Origin: a virus
Taxonomy: Duplodnaviria; Caudoviricetes
Virus record (IMG/VR): IMGVR_UViG_3300043672_000039
Coordinates: 9,187 to 73,186 of that record
DNA length: 64,000 bases
Strand: one strand, 5' to 3'
Shown: positions 1 through 8,591 of the stretch, piece by piece
Position numbering within the stretch: position 1 is the stretch's first letter
Layout of the letters: every line of letters begins with the position of its first letter
Made by a program: the position numbers and the translations under genes
The notes under the pieces: model-generated
The model's input: only the letters and a program-made list of their open reading frames with translations
Databases searched by the model: none
Told to the model about the DNA's origin: nothing

Positions 1-270
1 CCGCAACTGCACATGGGCGAACTCGAATGGCATTACATTGTGGACAACCAATGTAATCAGTGGGGCGATTTTGGTTGGCATAAATACCAAATCACCCGGG
101 CATATCGCCCGCTCCGTCCTCAACACATTATTCCTATCCTCTACAAACGGTGCCGCGCTGATCTCGGCCTCATCGCTTGTGCGGATAGTCCTTCGTCCAG
201 CTTCTCAGGTTCCGATAGTTTCTCGACTATCGGCGTGTGCGGCGACGACGAATCGCCCGTGATTCACTAA
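1..270 (+). CDS. Probable major capsid protein, C-terminal fragment (5'-truncated)
   Basis: Frame is open from base 1 (PQLHMGELEWHY...YQITRAYRPLRP...). It is followed by a strong terminator and then decoration genes, and the portal lies at the other end of the window. Positional inference. Confidence 0.5.
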   Translation, partial: PQLHMGELEWHYIVDNQCNQWGDFGWHKYQITRAYRPLRPQHIIPILYKRCRADLGLIACADSPSSSFSGSDSFSTIGVCGDDESPVIH

Positions 271-297
271 CACTTCGCGTTAGGGGGAAGCGAACTC

Positions 298-329
298 AGG
301 CGGGGTGGGGAAACCCATCCCGCCTTTTT
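298..329 (+). terminator. Rho-independent terminator
   Basis: AGGCGGGGTGGG-GAAA-CCCATCCCGCCT stem-loop followed by a T run. Confidence 0.85.
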
Positions 330-344
330 AGGATAGAAAATTAG

Positions 345-779
345 ATGCGCAAAATGAGGTTTTCTGATACCCTCTCGGACATGACTACGAAAGAGAAACT
401 GTTGGAATTTCAGAAAGATTTTCCGGACGCGAACTACTCCGAATTGGCGCGTAAAGCGGGGTGTTCAAACGTAAACGCGCAGGTTCATTTGGACCCGGTG
501 TATCGAGCGAAAAATCGGGTGTCCAACCGTGATTTTTTACGAAAGAGATGTGAAAAAACCAAGCGGCTTTTGGTGGAATTTTTAGGCGGGTGTTGTTACA
601 CATGTGGGTATGATACCGATTTTCGTGCCCTCGATTTTCATCATAAAGACCCGTCACAAAAAGTTGCGCAGATTACCAATCTGTTGTCCGGTAAAATAGA
701 AAACGCAATCGACGAAGCCCGTAAATGCGTTCTTCTCTGTTGCCGTTGTCACCGGGAGCTTCACGCAAAGGAAATTTAA
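345..779 (+). CDS. HNH endonuclease (T7 gp7.7-like)
   Basis: CYTCG...LDFHHKDP...CVLLCCRCHRELH. Confidence 0.85.
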   Translation: MRKMRFSDTLSDMTTKEKLLEFQKDFPDANYSELARKAGCSNVNAQVHLDPVYRAKNRVSNRDFLRKRCEKTKRLLVEFLGGCCYTCGYDTDFRALDFHHKDPSQKVAQITNLLSGKIENAIDEARKCVLLCCRCHRELHAKEI

Positions 780-780
780 T

Positions 781-1818
781 ATGGCAGACGACCAAAATAC
801 AGATTACAAACAGGCGGATTCCCAGTATAATATTCTGCGGAAGATTCTCGCGCGACTCAATCTCGGCATTTCCACGTCCGGTGGTGGAGGCGGCGGAGGC
901 GGGGGCGGAGCAGTCACTATCGCCGACGGCGCGGATGTCGCGGAGGGCGCGAAGGCGAACGCTGCCGCAACCGACTCAACTTCGGCGTGGTCGGTTGTTT
1001 CTCTGCTTAAGGGGCTTTATGCAAAGCTCTCCGGAACCTTGACGGTCGGCGGCACCGTGGCGGTTAGCAATTTACCCGCGACTCAGCCGGTATCCGGCAC
1101 AGTTGCAGTTTCTAATTTTCCCGCGACTCAACCCGTTTCTGGCACAGTTGCGGTGTCATCTATCGGCGCGGGAGCCGCAGTCATCGGGCACGTCATTGCC
1201 GATACTGGATCGACAACCGCAGTCACCGGAAACGTCGCGGTGACGAGCGCCGGGCTTACGAATATCGACGTTGCGTTGAGCACTCGGCTTAAACCGGCGG
1301 ACACACTCGCGGCGGTCACAACTGTTACTACTGTCTCCGCGCTCACGAGCGGGAATGTGGGTGGGTTCACCAACGTCCAAAAAGATACGACTGCGGTCAG
1401 CACTACCCCGGCGTATTCCATTGGGGATGCTGTTGGCGCTAAACGGACGTTTGCGAATGCCGTCCGGGTTTCCGGCGGCTCTGGAGTGCTACAATCCGTT
1501 ACTATTCTCGACCGCGCAAATCAAAAAGCGGGTATGACGCTTTTCATTTTCGATGCCGACCCGACGAACGCAACGATTACGGACAATGCCGCGTTTGTAT
1601 TCAGCACGGACGATTTGAAAGTGATCGCGCAGATTTCAATTGCTGCGGGGGATTATGTCACTACGAACAGCAAAGCGGTAGCCATCGTTTCCGGGCTCTC
1701 AATCCCGGTGAAAGCGTCCGGCTCCGCGAGCTTGTTCGCGGCTCTCGTCACGACCGGCACGCCGACTTTTGTGGCGACGACCGACGTTCAGTTGACCCTA
1801 GGAATTCTCCAAGACTAA
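781..1818 (+). CDS. Virion structural/decoration protein with 15-aa tandem repeats
   Basis: Poly-Gly run, TVAVSNxPATQPVSG x2.3, Ala/Thr/Val-rich, in structural module. Confidence 0.6.
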   Translation: MADDQNTDYKQADSQYNILRKILARLNLGISTSGGGGGGGGGGAVTIADGADVAEGAKANAAATDSTSAWSVVSLLKGLYAKLSGTLTVGGTVAVSNLPATQPVSGTVAVSNFPATQPVSGTVAVSSIGAGAAVIGHVIADTGSTTAVTGNVAVTSAGLTNIDVALSTRLKPADTLAAVTTVTTVSALTSGNVGGFTNVQKDTTAVSTTPAYSIGDAVGAKRTFANAVRVSGGSGVLQSVTILDRANQKAGMTLFIFDADPTNATITDNAAFVFSTDDLKVIAQISIAAGDYVTTNSKAVAIVSGLSIPVKASGSASLFAALVTTGTPTFVATTDVQLTLGILQD

Positions 1819-2684
1819 TGCCCAACTCAGTTCTAATCAAACGTTTAAACGGCATCAAGCCGTTGTCCCCTTTGAATAAGGACTGGTTGCGTCGCATCCT
1901 CAACGCAGGCGGGGTTCGTCCGTCTCGGACGCAGTTCAAGATTAATGATCAGTTTTATAAAGAACTGGTCAACGGAGGAATTGATTCAAAGGTCATCGTT
2001 GCTAATCTTTTCCTTTCGGCGACTGATTTGCCGACCGCTTATACTCCTCTGATCGCTAATAACGGAAGCGATTCGTGGCCGGACACGGGCAGCACTGGGT
2101 CAATTGCAGACCTGACGATTAACGGGCTCAAACGGTCGGTGGGTGGGGGCAATAATCGGTTCCTCGAAAGCGGGGTTCTTCCGGGCAATTTTATGACTTC
2201 CGGCTCTGGTCACGGAACTGTTTACGTCACCGAGGATAGTAAAACGGCGAATGAAGTTGAATGGGGTTGTGCAAACGGCGCGGGCACGAATGACATTCGT
2301 ATGTTTGCGCACTTGAGCGATAATAACACCTATGCGTATTTTTTCGCGCAAACACGATTGCTGACGGCTTCTGTTACCACGGGAAATTTAACCGGATATC
2401 TCTGCGCTTCTCGAACGACTACGACTCGTTCCGATATCTATTTCGCCAATTCCTCTACCGTGCATGCCAGTGTCGCAAATGATACCGGAACTTGCACGAC
2501 TGCGCCGTCTGCAATTGTGGGAATGAAAATTTATGCGGATTCTCAAAATGGAACGGTAAGCGCATTCAGTAATAAACGGTTAAGTGCCGTAACCTTCGGA
2601 ACGGCTCTTACCGCAGCCGAATCCCTCATCCTTTTCAATGCCATTCAAAATGCCCGAAAAGCATTCGGTGGCGGATTTGCATAA
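1818..2684 (+). CDS. Putative virion protein (beta-rich, lectin-like C-terminus possible)
   Basis: Translationally coupled to the previous gene (TAATG), Gly/Ser/Thr-rich. Confidence 0.5.
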   Translation: MPNSVLIKRLNGIKPLSPLNKDWLRRILNAGGVRPSRTQFKINDQFYKELVNGGIDSKVIVANLFLSATDLPTAYTPLIANNGSDSWPDTGSTGSIADLTINGLKRSVGGGNNRFLESGVLPGNFMTSGSGHGTVYVTEDSKTANEVEWGCANGAGTNDIRMFAHLSDNNTYAYFFAQTRLLTASVTTGNLTGYLCASRTTTTRSDIYFANSSTVHASVANDTGTCTTAPSAIVGMKIYADSQNGTVSAFSNKRLSAVTFGTALTAAESLILFNAIQNARKAFGGGFA

Positions 2685-2887
2685 TGAACAACGAAGTTAG
2701 TAACAAAACGCTCGGGGCAGTTGCCGCAATTAACCTATCGGTCGCGGGCCTTCGGGCTGTCTCCGATTATTTTCTTGCGCATATTGTCCCGATTCTGTCC
2801 GGTGTCGCGGTGGTTATTCAAGTCGCGATTGGTGTCGTGACTCTATACCATCTGTTGAAGAATAAAAAGAATAAAGATGAAAAATAA
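2684..2887 (+). CDS. Holin-like small membrane protein
   Basis: 67 aa, hydrophobic segments, strongly basic C-terminus KNKKNK. Confidence 0.5.
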   Translation: MNNEVSNKTLGAVAAINLSVAGLRAVSDYFLAHIVPILSGVAVVIQVAIGVVTLYHLLKNKKNKDEK

Positions 2888-3431
2888 AGTTCTCCTCCTC
2901 AGTCTCGCTCTGTTGGCCGGGTGCTCTTACTTTCCGTTGCGCCCCGGGATCGGATTGATCCAGTCCGGTCCGAACGGCGGCGCATACGTTCGACAGTCAC
3001 AAAATCCTCAAGCGGAGTCCACGCAGAAATACGAGCGGACTACGGAGACGATTCCTGCCGGGCTCACAAACGCGACCGTTCGAATTACGGAAAAGGGCGA
3101 GACGAAAATAGGTGCCGCACAAAAAGACACCGCGCGTGAAATGGCGGCAAAACTCGGCTCTCTTAAAAGCGTCGTGTGGATCGGCATCCTTGTATTTCTT
3201 TTCGGTGCCGTGAGCTTTGTTTATCCTCCGTTGAAAATCATTACGGGCGGGAGTATTACCACGAGTGCTGTTATTACCGCCGCCGGGTTGGCCCTCATTG
3301 TGCTACCGTCCCTCATCGTTGGGCATGAGTTGCTGATTCTCGCTGTTTCGGGGGGTGCCGCCGGGCTCTACTTCTTTGCTCATAGACATGGGAATCTTAA
3401 GGGAGTGGTCGAGACTCTCAAACCAAAATAA
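2877..3431 (+). CDS. Lipoprotein with C-terminal TM helices (spanin-like)
   Basis: Lipobox LAGC at aa 13-16, polar linker, three hydrophobic helices. Confidence 0.55.
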   Translation: MKNKVLLLSLALLAGCSYFPLRPGIGLIQSGPNGGAYVRQSQNPQAESTQKYERTTETIPAGLTNATVRITEKGETKIGAAQKDTAREMAAKLGSLKSVVWIGILVFLFGAVSFVYPPLKIITGGSITTSAVITAAGLALIVLPSLIVGHELLILAVSGGAAGLYFFAHRHGNLKGVVETLKPK

Positions 3432-4144
3432 TGGCGGCGATTTCACAGATAACGAGCGGAGTTTTACAGACTTTTTCGCAACCCCGAGTAGGGGAAACGG
3501 TTAAAATTTTTGTATCGTCAAACACTTTGTTCAAGGTGGGCGCGTTTATTTTTATCGCAAACTCTGGGCTTTATTCGGTCGTTCTTTCGGGTTCGCACGG
3601 ACAAATATCAGTTAAACTTGAACGGAAATCTTTTGATGCCGGAGCGCAGGTAAAGCAAGGATCAATAATCACTTTTGTTTCTGAAACCGCCATAGGTCCC
3701 TCGGGTCCTGCGGGCGTGACCGGACCGAGCGGAATTGCTGGCCCGGCGGGCGCTGTGGGTGCTACCGGCGCGACGGGAGCCGCAGGCGCAACCGGGGCAA
3801 CCGGTCCGTCCGGAGGTGCTATTTCAATTGTAGCCGCAGAAAATCTCCCTGCTTTTATTGCTGTGACTTCGACCGGGTTCAAAGCCAATTCTTCAACAAC
3901 CGCCCATTTTTCGCGCATCGTTGGTATTACTACCGCAGCTATTTCTTCTGGTTTTTCTGGGGGTGTGGTAGAAGTGGGAGAAATTCAAAATTTGGGTTGG
4001 TCTTGGATTTCCGGAGACATAATTTTTTTAAACGGACTCGGACTTTCGACGATTCCGCCAACATCCGGGTTCGTTCAAAAGATCGCCCTTGCAAAAAACT
4101 CAACAACCTTAATAGTGGAATTGGATGATCCAATTCTTTTGTGA
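3431..4144 (+). CDS. Collagen-like virion protein with capsid-cement-like C-terminal domain
   Basis: Gly-X-Y run GPSGPAGVTG...GPSGG, C-terminus ending VQKIALAKNSTTLIVEL. Confidence 0.65.
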   Translation: MAAISQITSGVLQTFSQPRVGETVKIFVSSNTLFKVGAFIFIANSGLYSVVLSGSHGQISVKLERKSFDAGAQVKQGSIITFVSETAIGPSGPAGVTGPSGIAGPAGAVGATGATGAAGATGATGPSGGAISIVAAENLPAFIAVTSTGFKANSSTTAHFSRIVGITTAAISSGFSGGVVEVGEIQNLGWSWISGDIIFLNGLGLSTIPPTSGFVQKIALAKNSTTLIVELDDPILL

Positions 4145-4154
4145 AAGATAATAT

Positions 4155-4640
4155 ATGGCCTTACGCAAACCGTTAGTATTAGTCGCCGGACAAAGACAAC
4201 AATTGCAATCCGCCGATACACTGGATGCGCCGCAATCGGGCGGAGATGTAATCGTGCAGACGAATGATGAGGCGGGGGCGATTGTTATCGGAACTCCGGT
4301 GTATAACGACGCTAATGATGGAGTAAAGAAAGCGAAAGCCGACGCTTCCGGAACGAAAGATGTTATCGGTTTGGTTCGGGATGTCAGTATCACGAATGCA
4401 ATCGCCGGAGCGATTCAAACGTCTGGAGTGTTATCCGCGACCACCGGACAATGGGATGCCGCATTCGGAACTAGCGGAGGGCTTACTCGGGGAACGAGAT
4501 ACTATTTATCAGCAGCTACCTCTGGACTCGGGACTAGCACAGCCCCCTCGACCACGGGTCAATATGTTGTGGAACTTGGAATCGCGATTTCTACAACGGA
4601 ATTATTGTTATCTGCTCCTTTCACAAGCACATTACTATGA
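4155..4640 (+). CDS. Capsid cement/decoration-like protein
   Basis: IVIGTPVY...AKA...VIGLV...GTRYYLS...TAP...G pattern typical of phage cement proteins. Confidence 0.55.
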   Translation: MALRKPLVLVAGQRQQLQSADTLDAPQSGGDVIVQTNDEAGAIVIGTPVYNDANDGVKKAKADASGTKDVIGLVRDVSITNAIAGAIQTSGVLSATTGQWDAAFGTSGGLTRGTRYYLSAATSGLGTSTAPSTTGQYVVELGIAISTTELLLSAPFTSTLL

Positions 4641-4813
4641 GTAACCGGCTTCCACTGGTGCTAGACGACTCCGGTCAAAGACAACGTCTGCAACCCGGAG
4701 ATGATGTAGCGATTCCGGTCAATGACAGAGTAACTTATTTGGAGGAAAAAGTAAAAACATTAATCGAAGCTCTGGCCCTGAATGGGTTAGAACTTCCGGA
4801 GGAAATATTATGA
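4637..4813 (+). CDS. Small virion-associated protein (58 aa, not in ORF track)
   Basis: ATGA overlaps at both ends. MSNRLPLVLDDSGQRQRLQPGDD resembles the N-terminus of 4155..4640. Confidence 0.65.
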   Translation: MSNRLPLVLDDSGQRQRLQPGDDVAIPVNDRVTYLEEKVKTLIEALALNGLELPEEIL

Positions 4814-5418
4814 TTGTAGAAATATCGGGGCAGGTAGGACCGCAAATTTTAGCCGACGGAGTAAACGGAACAGTCCGTCAAGGCCGAACCGGCGCTATCG
4901 TGGTGGGAGAATTGCACGGACGATATTACGAAAACACTTTTCGAAAGAGTGTTTTCTCTGCGTCGAATCAAGCCGCACAAGCTGTTTCTGTTGCTCTAGC
5001 GACGGCGTATACTGGGCTTTGCCTTTCGAACCCTCTCGGGAGTGGGGTGAATCTTTCGCTGCTCAAAGTGAATTTTGCGCTATCAGTTGCTCCCGCCGCG
5101 ATCGCCTCTCTACATCTTATTGGAGGATTTTCAGCGGTTGCAAACGTAGCGCATACGGCCGCAGTTACTCCGACGAATAATTTTCTGGGCGGTGTCGCCC
5201 CGAATGCAAAGGTTGATTCCCAAGCAACAATTCCAACGCCAACGTATCTGTTTTCGTTATGTAACGGGTTTACTGCCGCCGCCCTGCCGAATCAAACTAT
5301 GCTCCCGGTTGATTTTGAAGGGTCCTTTGTGATTCCCCCGGGCGGATTCATCGCTATCGGGGCTTTAACCGCTGTTACCGGGTTCGGTTCGTTCATCTGG
5401 GAAGAAATCGCCGCCTAA
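4810..5418 (+). CDS. Putative virion protein
   Basis: Coupled ORF in structural module, Ala/Gly-rich. Confidence 0.55.
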   Translation: MIVEISGQVGPQILADGVNGTVRQGRTGAIVVGELHGRYYENTFRKSVFSASNQAAQAVSVALATAYTGLCLSNPLGSGVNLSLLKVNFALSVAPAAIASLHLIGGFSAVANVAHTAAVTPTNNFLGGVAPNAKVDSQATIPTPTYLFSLCNGFTAAALPNQTMLPVDFEGSFVIPPGGFIAIGALTAVTGFGSFIWEEIAA

Positions 5419-5435
5419 CTTTGAGGAAATAATTT

Positions 5436-6512
5436 ATGTCTGATTGCGGATGCAATAAAAATCCCCGGAATATTCTCGATTGCAACACGAACACGACCGA
5501 GTCGTGCCAGAATCCGTGCTGCTCGACGCCGACTAATTCCGCCGCGTGTGAATCACTCCCGAGTCAAATCGAGAATTTCACGCTTCAATTTTTCGGCACC
5601 GTAGTTAAGACGGAAATTGACGGGGCTGTTTCGTGGTCGCTGCCTTGCAATCTCGATGTCGGGCTCCCGAATAATCCGCGTGGCGTCGATGAGGGCCTCG
5701 CATGTTATTTCCTCCGCCTTTTCCATGATGGAATTGTAGGATTGACTGGTCCTCAAGGCGCGGCTGGAACCCCGGGCACGAACGGTCACAACGCGTATAC
5801 CGTGACTCTCGCGGGATTTGCGCAACCGACTCTTGCATCTCCGGTAGTTCAAGTTGTCACGCAATACAACCCGGCGATTTTGCCCGGCATCTACGTTTAC
5901 ATTTCGACTTCTGGTTGGTATCTCGTCAACGAAACAGACGGGAACGGCGTCCTACTGCTCACGCTTGTTAAATCGGTTGACGGTCCGGCGGCGTTCATCG
6001 CCGCAGGAAAGCTCGTGGTTCCTAGCGGTTTTCCGGGCGCATCGATTCAGGGCGGACCCGGCCCGCAAGGTCCGCAAGGTCCGCAAGGCGTCCCGGGTAA
6101 CACCTTCACAACCACCAATGGAATTTATTTCGCCGAAGTCGGAACAGATTTCAATCTGCCGATTGTTTATGCGCAAGTGGATTTCGTAAATTCGGCTCCG
6201 CAGCTTTTGCTGCCGACTGCCGGGCTATATCTCGTGACTGTGGTCGCGGGAGTGCAAGGAGAAACCGGTGTTGCTTCTACGGACGCCGCGACTCTGAAAC
6301 TTCGCAATCTAAGTTTGGGCGCGGACATCGGCGGTTCCGAACATCTGATCTCAAACGTTGCGGTTGATGAGTTTGGTCAGATCGTGATCAATATCCGGGT
6401 CCAAACAGACGCCGTGAATCAGACCATTGCTCTGTATGGGAAGTGCACTTCGGATGTAAAAATTTCAGTGGTCGCGCTGCACACCACAATGACATATGTC
6501 AAAATCGCGTAA
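5436..6512 (+). CDS. Tail fibre-like protein with short collagen segments
   Basis: Cys-rich N-terminus, GPQG repeats, beta-sandwich-like C-terminus. Confidence 0.6.
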   Translation: MSDCGCNKNPRNILDCNTNTTESCQNPCCSTPTNSAACESLPSQIENFTLQFFGTVVKTEIDGAVSWSLPCNLDVGLPNNPRGVDEGLACYFLRLFHDGIVGLTGPQGAAGTPGTNGHNAYTVTLAGFAQPTLASPVVQVVTQYNPAILPGIYVYISTSGWYLVNETDGNGVLLLTLVKSVDGPAAFIAAGKLVVPSGFPGASIQGGPGPQGPQGPQGVPGNTFTTTNGIYFAEVGTDFNLPIVYAQVDFVNSAPQLLLPTAGLYLVTVVAGVQGETGVASTDAATLKLRNLSLGADIGGSEHLISNVAVDEFGQIVINIRVQTDAVNQTIALYGKCTSDVKISVVALHTTMTYVKIA

Positions 6513-6669
6513 AGGCAAATGCACAACTCCGGTGACACATGATCCAGACCGGATAATTGTCGGGCGATGCAAATCGGAGAAAGGCGGAACGAAAACCGTC
6601 GAACCTCCGGTGTATTCTTTGGTAGTCCAGAACCCGACAAATGGACGCGATTTTCTCCCCGGGTCGTAG
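6496..6669 (+). CDS. Small hypothetical protein (57 aa)
   Basis: Only open frame filling the gap (MSKSRKGKCTTPVTHDP...FLPGS). Confidence 0.35.
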   Translation: MSKSRKGKCTTPVTHDPDRIIVGRCKSEKGGTKTVEPPVYSLVVQNPTNGRDFLPGS

Positions 6670-6677
6670 GCGGGCAG

Positions 6678-6686
6678 GTGACTGTT
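6678..6686 (+). promoter_or_regulatory. GTGACTGTT motif
   Basis: Intergenic, 17 nt before ATG 6704. Confidence 0.55.
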
Positions 6687-6703
6687 AGATATAGTGAACA
6701 ATT

Positions 6704-7042
6704 ATGAAAGATAAAGGAATTGATTTGGCGCTTCCGGGATTCTCCGGCGGCGAGTCTCCGCTCGCGGTCTCTGACCGGGCTCCGGAATACCCCACGCTGC
6801 ACTTAGAATTCATTGGTGACGATGCCATTGATTTTCCGAAAGACGGCACGGTAACTTTTCGGTATCACCGCGCGTCTGAGACCGAGTCCGACCGCAACGG
6901 AAAGGAACGCTGCTCCTATACTCTGGAAATTCAAAAACTGGTCTCTGTGGAAGCCGACAAGGACATCCGTCCTTCGAAACGCGACACCAGCACCGAGGAC
7001 AATCTCGATAAGCTGATGAAAGCCAAACAGGACAGTTATTGA
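6704..7042 (+). CDS. Hypothetical protein
   Basis: 112-aa ORF downstream of the motif. Confidence 0.6.
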   Translation: MKDKGIDLALPGFSGGESPLAVSDRAPEYPTLHLEFIGDDAIDFPKDGTVTFRYHRASETESDRNGKERCSYTLEIQKLVSVEADKDIRPSKRDTSTEDNLDKLMKAKQDSY

Positions 7043-7043
7043 C

Positions 7044-7601
7044 ATGACGAGGAAGGAACAAGTAAGAGAATGCTCTCGTCGTTGGTATTTTGCCAATAAG
7101 AAAAGGGCGAAATTTCTATGTCGTCGATGGAATAAAAGGAACAAAGAACGACTGCGGGAACTCCAACGAAATTGGAAACGCAAAAACAGGAAAAAATGTT
7201 CAGAAGCTACGCGTAGATGGCTGGACAAAAATACAATAAAGAATAGGGAAACCCATCGACGATATCTTCGTCAGCGTTGGAAAACCGATTTGTCTTTCCG
7301 ACTTTTGGTTACGTTACGAAATCGAATGCGACAAGCGTTGAAGAAGAACTATAAAAGTTCCGGAACAGAGCGATTGACGGGGTGTTCCATGCGGGAATTA
7401 AAACAGTATCTTGAATCCTTGTTTAGGCCCGGCATGACGTGGGAAAATTACGGTCCAGTTTGGCACATTGACCATCAAACCCCCTGCGTTAGATTTAATC
7501 TATCCCTGCCTGAACAGCAACGAAAGTGTTTTCATTTTACGAATCTACAGCCCCTATTTGCGAGCGAGAATCTCAGAAAGAATAAATATGTTTCGTGTTG
7601 A
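7044..7601 (+). CDS. HNH-type endonuclease with basic N-terminus
   Basis: MTWENYG..WHIDHQTPC...CFHFTNLQPL..SENLRK. Confidence 0.85.
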   Translation: MTRKEQVRECSRRWYFANKKRAKFLCRRWNKRNKERLRELQRNWKRKNRKKCSEATRRWLDKNTIKNRETHRRYLRQRWKTDLSFRLLVTLRNRMRQALKKNYKSSGTERLTGCSMRELKQYLESLFRPGMTWENYGPVWHIDHQTPCVRFNLSLPEQQRKCFHFTNLQPLFASENLRKNKYVSC

Positions 7602-8589
7602 TGATATAGCGGATGAGGCGAGAAAAATTATCGGGGTTTGCGACGATACAAAACTTTTCCGGTGGTGCGGCGATGCCGTTTCTATTGTCTCTAACAAAGC
7701 AGATTTGGAGGGATGGAAGGGGTATCTCGATATCTGCTCCGCCGGGTGTTCCTGTGAACAGGGCTCTGTCTGCAATAATCCTGCCGGGTGTGGGCGACGA
7801 TGTATTGCTCTGCCGCGAGAAGTCGAGACGGTAATCGGCGTCAATATCGCCGGGCAACCGGTGCTAGGGCGAGACCAGCTTTTTTCGTTCCATCTGAACG
7901 GCCCGGGAGATTTACGAAACTCTTGCGAATGGGCTTGGTCCGACAAAGGAAATTTTCACTGCACATACAAAGATTTGATTACCCCGGCGAAACTCGTGGC
8001 GTATCTTCAGACGCGCGAGGACAATGGCAAAGTAATGACGGTCTTCGGGTATGATGTCAACGGAAACGTTCTGCGCCGAACGGAGAACGGTGTCACGATG
8101 AACGGTTGGAATATTCCAATGATTTACGGAGTCGCGGTGCCGGGCGACGGAGCCCCCACGGTCGCGCGAATCACCGGACTTTACAAAGACATGACGGTTG
8201 GCAGCGTCCGACTCTCGACCATCGACGATTCTGGATCGACCGGCACGCTTCTTTCGGTTCTGGAGCCCGACGAAACTCTGCCGCAATACCGGCGAATTCA
8301 ACTCAATCGAAATTGCAATTGGGTTCGAATCGCATATCGAAAAAATGACCCAGTTTTTCATTCTCGGTGGGATCACGTTCCAATGAAAAGCAGGCTAGCA
8401 TTTTTGATTGCTATTACCGCAAGGAAAATGTATGCGGATTTGCAAATCCCGGAAGCGCACGCTTTCGAGGCCGACGCGGCTCGTATGGAAATTGAGGCTC
8501 AGCAGATGCGAGAAGCCCCGCTATTCCATCCCGTGCAGGTCGTGGACCTGAACAATATTAAAGACAAGAACGATTATCAAATTGTCTGA
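7588..8589 (+). CDS. Head-tail adaptor / tail tubular protein A-like
   Basis: Probable start ATG 7588 (MFRVDDIADEAR). Position immediately before the nozzle-like gene. Confidence 0.45.
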   Translation: MFRVDDIADEARKIIGVCDDTKLFRWCGDAVSIVSNKADLEGWKGYLDICSAGCSCEQGSVCNNPAGCGRRCIALPREVETVIGVNIAGQPVLGRDQLFSFHLNGPGDLRNSCEWAWSDKGNFHCTYKDLITPAKLVAYLQTREDNGKVMTVFGYDVNGNVLRRTENGVTMNGWNIPMIYGVAVPGDGAPTVARITGLYKDMTVGSVRLSTIDDSGSTGTLLSVLEPDETLPQYRRIQLNRNCNWVRIAYRKNDPVFHSRWDHVPMKSRLAFLIAITARKMYADLQIPEAHAFEADAARMEIEAQQMREAPLFHPVQVVDLNNIKDKNDYQIV

Positions 8590-8591
8590 CT

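Noticed and set aside
1054-1160. 45-bp tandem repeat, and collagen/Gly repeats at 3700-3810
   Set aside because: In-frame protein repeats with synonymous divergence, not CRISPR or contingency loci
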